A DNA stretch of 64,000 bases from Candidatus Beckwithbacteria bacterium GW2011_GWC1_49_16. Lineage in GTDB: Bacteria > Patescibacteriota > Microgenomatia > UBA1400 > CG1-02-47-37. The notes beneath the pieces were generated by a model. It had not been told where the DNA came from and ran no database searches. It saw nothing but the letters and a program-made list of their open reading frames with translations. Shown here in pieces: positions 59,733 through 64,000 of this stretch (position 1 is its first letter; each line of letters begins with the position of its first letter). A program made the position numbers and the translations under genes. Location of the stretch: contig CP011210.1 of the NCBI GenBank assembly GCA_001029675.1, positions 384,427 to 448,426 of the forward strand, given 5' to 3'.

Positions 59733-60392
59733 ATGCCCGGGAAGAATGTTATTAAGGAATATAAAGAGAAAGCTTACTACCACATTTATAATCGCGGAGT
59801 AGCCAAACAAGAAATTTTTTTAGACGATCAGGACTACAGGGTATTCTTGTCTTATCTTAAAAGTTATCTTTCTCCAGTTGAAGCTTTAGATGAGAAGAAA
59901 ATCGTGATATCCCCTTCAAGGCGCTTGAAAAATTATTCAGATAGTGTTGATCTTCTTTGTTATTGTCTAATGCCAAATCATTTTCATCTAGTGATTTACC
60001 AAAAAGACGCCTCGTCAATAAACTTTTTTATGAGATCGTTGGCGACGAGATATTCGATGTTTTTTAACAGGAAATATAAAAGGGTGGGGCCGTTGTTTCA
60101 AGGAACTTATAAGGCGGTAGAAGTAGTTTCGGAAGACCAGTTTATATATCTAACGAAGTATGTTCATCGAAATCCCCTGAAAATTTTACCTTCAGGGATA
60201 AACCTTGAAGGTTATAAGTACTCTAGTTATCCGAACTATTTGAGAATTTACAATCAGATATGGGTTCAGCCAGGGGTAATTTTGGATTACTTTTCTAAAT
60301 CTAACCCTGAAAAGTCGTATTCGGAGTTTGTCGAAGAAATAGAAAGTCAAGGTGAAAGATTTATTAAAAGTCTAGTTCTTGAAGAAACGTAA
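59733..60392 (+). CDS. tnpA: REP-associated tyrosine transposase (IS200/IS605-like Y1 transposase)
   Basis: YHIYNRG...LLCYCLMPNHFHLV...RYS..FN.KY...G.LFQG.YK. Confidence 0.8.
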   Translation: MPGKNVIKEYKEKAYYHIYNRGVAKQEIFLDDQDYRVFLSYLKSYLSPVEALDEKKIVISPSRRLKNYSDSVDLLCYCLMPNHFHLVIYQKDASSINFFMRSLATRYSMFFNRKYKRVGPLFQGTYKAVEVVSEDQFIYLTKYVHRNPLKILPSGINLEGYKYSSYPNYLRIYNQIWVQPGVILDYFSKSNPEKSYSEFVEEIESQGERFIKSLVLEET

Positions 60393-60417
60393 CCTTCAAG
60401 GATAAACCCTGAAGGTT
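60391..60417. repeat. REP-like element (AACCTTCAAGGATAAACCCTGAAGGTT) immediately after the RAYT stop
   Basis: Inverted with respect to the 59687 copy. A third copy (60188-60212) lies inside the RAYT ORF. Confidence 0.7.
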
Positions 60418-60436
60418 CGGGATCAGATCCTGTAGG

Positions 60437-61498
60437 TTAGCCGAGGTTTTTTTTGAAGTAGTCGACCCAAGGGATGGGGGCGGGGTCGAGGCCGTTTAAA
60501 ACGGTCAAGTAGTAGTTGACCAAGGCGCCAAACTGGATGACTTCAAAGACTTGGGCCAGACGGGTTGGGGCGGTGGCGAGATACTCGAAGGCGTTGAGGC
60601 CGTTGCGGTTAACCACGTCTAAGGTCAAGACCGCTCTGGTTTGGATTCTGGTAAGATAAAGACCGGAATTGATTAACCAGAAAACGACGTCTTTTTTGTT
60701 GGTGGCGGGAAACTTTAAGCCTTCCATTAAATGGTGGTTTAACTCGGGAAGGTCGTGGCGGTGGGATAGCTGTTTGGCGTTTTCGTTCATCTGATTTTTG
60801 ACGACGTGGAGAGCGCCGGTCAAGTGGTCGGCGGCGACCATAATTACTTGCTTGTCGTGGAGAGAAAGGGCCAGTTTCTTGGCAGGGTTTTTTACTTGGG
60901 GGATTTGGCGGCCGTTTGCTGCCAGGACTTGGGCCATGGTTTTTGTGGCGTCAGAGAATTCTTCGGAGGTAAAATTAAGCAGGCCGGCTTTTTTAACTAA
61001 AACTAATTGGCCGACCAGAGAGTAGCCGATGGCCATTCGGGGTTCGCCTGAAGGGTTTTGGACCGGGTCGATAAGGTAGAGGGGCAGCCGGTGTTTTAAG
61101 GCGAGTTTTTTCAGCTCGCCCCCAGTGGTTATGACCAGCGTGGGGCATTTTTTGGCGATGGCTTGTTTTAGAGTGGAGACGGTTTCTTCGGTGGTGCCGG
61201 AGTAGGATGAACAAATGACTAGAGTTTGTTTGCCGGCCCAGGAGGGCAAGTGATAGTGGTGAATCCGGGTTAAGGGGACGGATAGGTTTTCGAAAAATGC
61301 CGATTCGATCACCCGGGCGGCCAGTCCCGAGCCGCCCATACCGGACAGAATTAAGTTTTTGACCGGATTTTTTGGCAGCTTGACCCGACCGGCTTGGTCA
61401 AGAGCGTCTTTTGTTTGTTTAGCCAGGCTTTCGATCGAGCCGTAGACGTTTGAGCGGTCGAGCGTTTTTTGTTTGGCGATGTCGTCAAGTCGGGTCAT
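60437..61498 (-). CDS. bifunctional phosphoglucose/phosphomannose isomerase family protein (double SIS domain; start at MTRLDD)
   Basis: SIS motif SGMGGSGLAARV. About 350 aa. ATGA overlap with the upstream phosphomannomutase. Confidence 0.6.
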   Translation of the reverse strand: MTRLDDIAKQKTLDRSNVYGSIESLAKQTKDALDQAGRVKLPKNPVKNLILSGMGGSGLAARVIESAFFENLSVPLTRIHHYHLPSWAGKQTLVICSSYSGTTEETVSTLKQAIAKKCPTLVITTGGELKKLALKHRLPLYLIDPVQNPSGEPRMAIGYSLVGQLVLVKKAGLLNFTSEEFSDATKTMAQVLAANGRQIPQVKNPAKKLALSLHDKQVIMVAADHLTGALHVVKNQMNENAKQLSHRHDLPELNHHLMEGLKFPATNKKDVVFWLINSGLYLTRIQTRAVLTLDVVNRNGLNAFEYLATAPTRLAQVFEVIQFGALVNYYLTVLNGLDPAPIPWVDYFKKNLG

Positions 61499-62847
61499 TT
61501 TTTGATGTCGGCGATAAAAAGCGCCGTTTTTTCCTCGAGTATTTTTTGGTCGTCGGCTTCGAGGTTTAGCCGCAGCAAACTTTCGGTGTTTGAAGGCCTG
61601 ATGTTTGCCCACCAATCAGGATACCAGATCGATACCCCGTCAAGCCAGTCGATTTTTTGGGCGCTGTCTTGGTGTTTTTTTGCCAGGGCTTTTAAAACTC
61701 TGTCTTTGTCGGGGACGGTGAAGTTTATTTCTCCCGACGAGGGGTAACGGTCGTAAGCCTTGACTAATTGGGAGAGCTTGAGGTTTTTTTGGGACATTAA
61801 TTCCAAAACCAGTAAGGCGGCGATGATGGCCGAATCGGCGTAAAAGTTGTCGCGAAAATAGTAGTGGCCGGAGTGCTCGCCGCAGAAAAGGCCGTTTTCC
61901 CGCCTCATGGCTTCTTTGATTAAGGTGTGGCCGACTCTTACCCTGACGGCTTTGCCGCCCAGTTTTTTGACCACTTGAGGGACGACGCGGCCGACGACGG
62001 CGTTGTAAAGAATCTTGTCGTTGGGGTGACTTGTAAGCAGGTTTTCGGCGATGATGGCGGTCATGATGGTGCCGGAAACAATCCGGCCGGTTTCGTCGAT
62101 CAAAAAGACCCGGTCGCCGTCGCCGTCAAAAGCCAGGCCGGCGGCGAATTTGCCTGTCTTAACCTTATCGATAATCACCTTGAGGTTTTCCGGTTTGATC
62201 GGGTTGGGGGTATGGTTGGGGAAGCGGCCGTCGAGTTTATAATAGAGCCTGTCGACCTTAAAGGGGAGAATTTTCTCGAAGGCGGGCATAAAGTAACCGG
62301 CCATGCCGTTGCCGGCGTCGACCACCAGCTTAAACGGCTTTAAGTTTTTGAGTTTGATAAAGCCCAGGACGTGGTTGACCCAGGCGGCAACGAGGTTTCT
62401 TTTTGTCAATTTACCCTTCCGGCCGGGCGCGGGGCGAAGATCCTTTTTAGAAACGGCCAGGTCGCGTAAATCATAGATGCCGGAGTCGCCGCTGACGGCG
62501 ACGGCTCCCCTTTTGACGATTTTGGCGCCATTGTATTCCGGCGGGTTGTGGGAAGCGCTGATGGTGACGCATAAATCTTCCCGGTAGGCTCCGGCCGAGT
62601 AGTAGAGCATGTCGGTGGCGATTAGCCCCAAGTCGACGACGTTTACGCCGGCGTCAAGAAGCGTGTTGATAAAAGCCTTTGAGAGTTGGGGTGAAGTCAG
62701 CCTCATGTCGCGGCCGACGGCAACTGATTTAGGTTTGAAGTGGTAAACCAGGGCCAGGGCTAAGCGTTTTATCCCCTCCTCGTCAAGCTCAATCGGGACA
62801 ACCGCCCTGATGTCGTAGTCTCTGAAGACGTTCGGGTTGAGTGTCAT
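61495..62847 (-). CDS. phosphomannomutase / phosphoglucomutase
   Basis: Active-site TISASHNPPEYNG plus the metal-binding DGDGDR loop. Confidence 0.85.
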   Translation of the reverse strand: MTLNPNVFRDYDIRAVVPIELDEEGIKRLALALVYHFKPKSVAVGRDMRLTSPQLSKAFINTLLDAGVNVVDLGLIATDMLYYSAGAYREDLCVTISASHNPPEYNGAKIVKRGAVAVSGDSGIYDLRDLAVSKKDLRPAPGRKGKLTKRNLVAAWVNHVLGFIKLKNLKPFKLVVDAGNGMAGYFMPAFEKILPFKVDRLYYKLDGRFPNHTPNPIKPENLKVIIDKVKTGKFAAGLAFDGDGDRVFLIDETGRIVSGTIMTAIIAENLLTSHPNDKILYNAVVGRVVPQVVKKLGGKAVRVRVGHTLIKEAMRRENGLFCGEHSGHYYFRDNFYADSAIIAALLVLELMSQKNLKLSQLVKAYDRYPSSGEINFTVPDKDRVLKALAKKHQDSAQKIDWLDGVSIWYPDWWANIRPSNTESLLRLNLEADDQKILEEKTALFIADIKK

Positions 62848-63518
62848 AGCAGGTTAACCAGCATCAGCTCAAGCCTTAATTTTAGGGGGAGTAAACTGGA
62901 GCCGGTTTTGGTGCCGATGTCGAGAGCCAGCAGACCGCGGTGGAAGGCAAATAGAGTAGCAAGGTCAAAGGCTTTGGCTTGGGTGACGAGGTTGGCTTTT
63001 TGCCAGGGGGCGCCAGAAACCGACGCGGGGTCGTCTTTGGCGGCGATCAGGTTTGCCAGGCGCCGGGTCAGCAGATAAAAGACCTGTTCGGGGGCAGAAG
63101 CCTTGAGGCTATCATGGAAGAGGTTGAGGCTAAGCCGCAAGTTTTTGGGTTTTAAAGAATCTAAAAACTTGAAGATGACCGGTGGCAGCTTGGACTCGAC
63201 CAGGCGGGCTTTTTGCCCGGAGAGTTTTTTGGCAACAGCCGGGGTTAAGGGTTTTTTCTCCCAGAGAAAAACCGGTGAATCCGGGTGGGACAAGAGAATG
63301 TCGATGAGTTTTGACTTGTTTTGGGATTGGGGCAGGGAGAAAAGATTGTCGATGAAAATAATTTGCTTGGTTTCAAAAAGGAGTGATGATTCCAGGGCTT
63401 GGGTCAAGTCTTCAGGCGAAAGGCGGGCGGCGTTGAGCTTGATCACGGTGCCGGTTAGTTCCTGGTTTAGGTTGAGGCGGCTTTTAACTTGGTCGGTGCC
63501 GTGAAAAACGGTGATCAT
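62844..63518 (-). CDS. hypothetical protein, possibly DNA polymerase III delta subunit-like
   Basis: Weak resemblance of the N-terminus (..VFHGTD..) to HolA. Operonic overlaps on both sides. Confidence 0.3.
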   Translation of the reverse strand: MITVFHGTDQVKSRLNLNQELTGTVIKLNAARLSPEDLTQALESSLLFETKQIIFIDNLFSLPQSQNKSKLIDILLSHPDSPVFLWEKKPLTPAVAKKLSGQKARLVESKLPPVIFKFLDSLKPKNLRLSLNLFHDSLKASAPEQVFYLLTRRLANLIAAKDDPASVSGAPWQKANLVTQAKAFDLATLFAFHRGLLALDIGTKTGSSLLPLKLRLELMLVNLL

Positions 63519-63886
63519 GATTTAAACAACTTAAACAAGTTTTCGACCGAGCGGTGGTCCAGGCTAAAGCCGCGGCGGCGGTGGGGCAATAACGCGCCGG
63601 AAAAGTTTTTAGGGATGTGCAAAAGTTCGTGGATTAAAACCCGGGTTTGGTCGTCGGCGGATAGGTGGTCGAATTTTTCCGCCAAAACTTCGATGACGTA
63701 GTGGGGCGGTTTGCCTAAAGCCAATTGCCAGATTTTGGGAAAACCCCAAATCCGGGCGCGGGCACGGGAGCGGGAGTGAAAGCTTCTAAAACAAACGATG
63801 CGGTCGGGGTTGACGTGGGGCAGATCCAGTTTATGATGAATCTTTTTTAACCTTTTTTTAATGTCGGGGGCGAGCTGCAAATCCAT
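63515..63886 (-). CDS. HExxH zinc-metallopeptidase-like protein (SprT/YgjP-like)
   Basis: HELLH motif near the C-terminal third. 123 aa. Confidence 0.45.
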   Translation of the reverse strand: MDLQLAPDIKKRLKKIHHKLDLPHVNPDRIVCFRSFHSRSRARARIWGFPKIWQLALGKPPHYVIEVLAEKFDHLSADDQTRVLIHELLHIPKNFSGALLPHRRRGFSLDHRSVENLFKLFKS

Positions 63887-64000
63887 AAGTTAAACTTTCC
63901 GCACCTACGGCGGATAACTTGATATACTTTCGGCGTCTTAGGTCGTGAGGAAAACTTTGGCTCCCGGTTTGACTTTTTGATCGACCTTGAGTCCGATAGA

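Overview
This 64 kb window looks like a streamlined bacterial genome with CPR/Patescibacteria-like traits. It has a trigger factor without a PPIase domain, a short UvrC, many overlapping operonic genes, and about 50% GC. It is densely coding: roughly 75 CDS and 17 tRNA genes that I folded by hand.

Conserved housekeeping blocks:
- uvrB-uvrA-uvrC, with lexA nearby.
- ppsA-eno-gpmI glycolytic core.
- korAB 2-oxoacid:ferredoxin oxidoreductase.
- acs, thyA-folA, tgt, murT-gatD, and a MacAB-type ABC efflux triplet.

Accessory locus at about 9.4-16.9 kb. This is the most unusual region. It sits in a tRNA-rich stretch: Val, Leu, Leu, Phe, Gly, Gln. Four abutting modules are each bracketed by their own long (60-104 bp), near-perfect inverted repeats that carry GC-rich hairpins. 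Two of the modules carry a paralogous large serine recombinase (about 510 aa). Each recombinase reading frame runs out through the repeat and into the 3' end of an adjacent tRNA gene.

Downstream island at about 15.5-21.7 kb. It is AT-rich and carries surface-glycan and cell-wall genes: a GT32-like protein, a GT25/GH16 fusion and an LD-carboxypeptidase.

Other notable items:
- A conserved structured motif immediately 3' of three separate tRNA genes, supported by a compensatory base change.
- An IS200-like REP-associated tyrosine transposase (RAYT) with its REP-like hairpins.
- An HNH endonuclease next to a tRNA fragment.
- A heptanucleotide tandem repeat inside uvrC.

No rRNA genes and no CRISPR array were seen.
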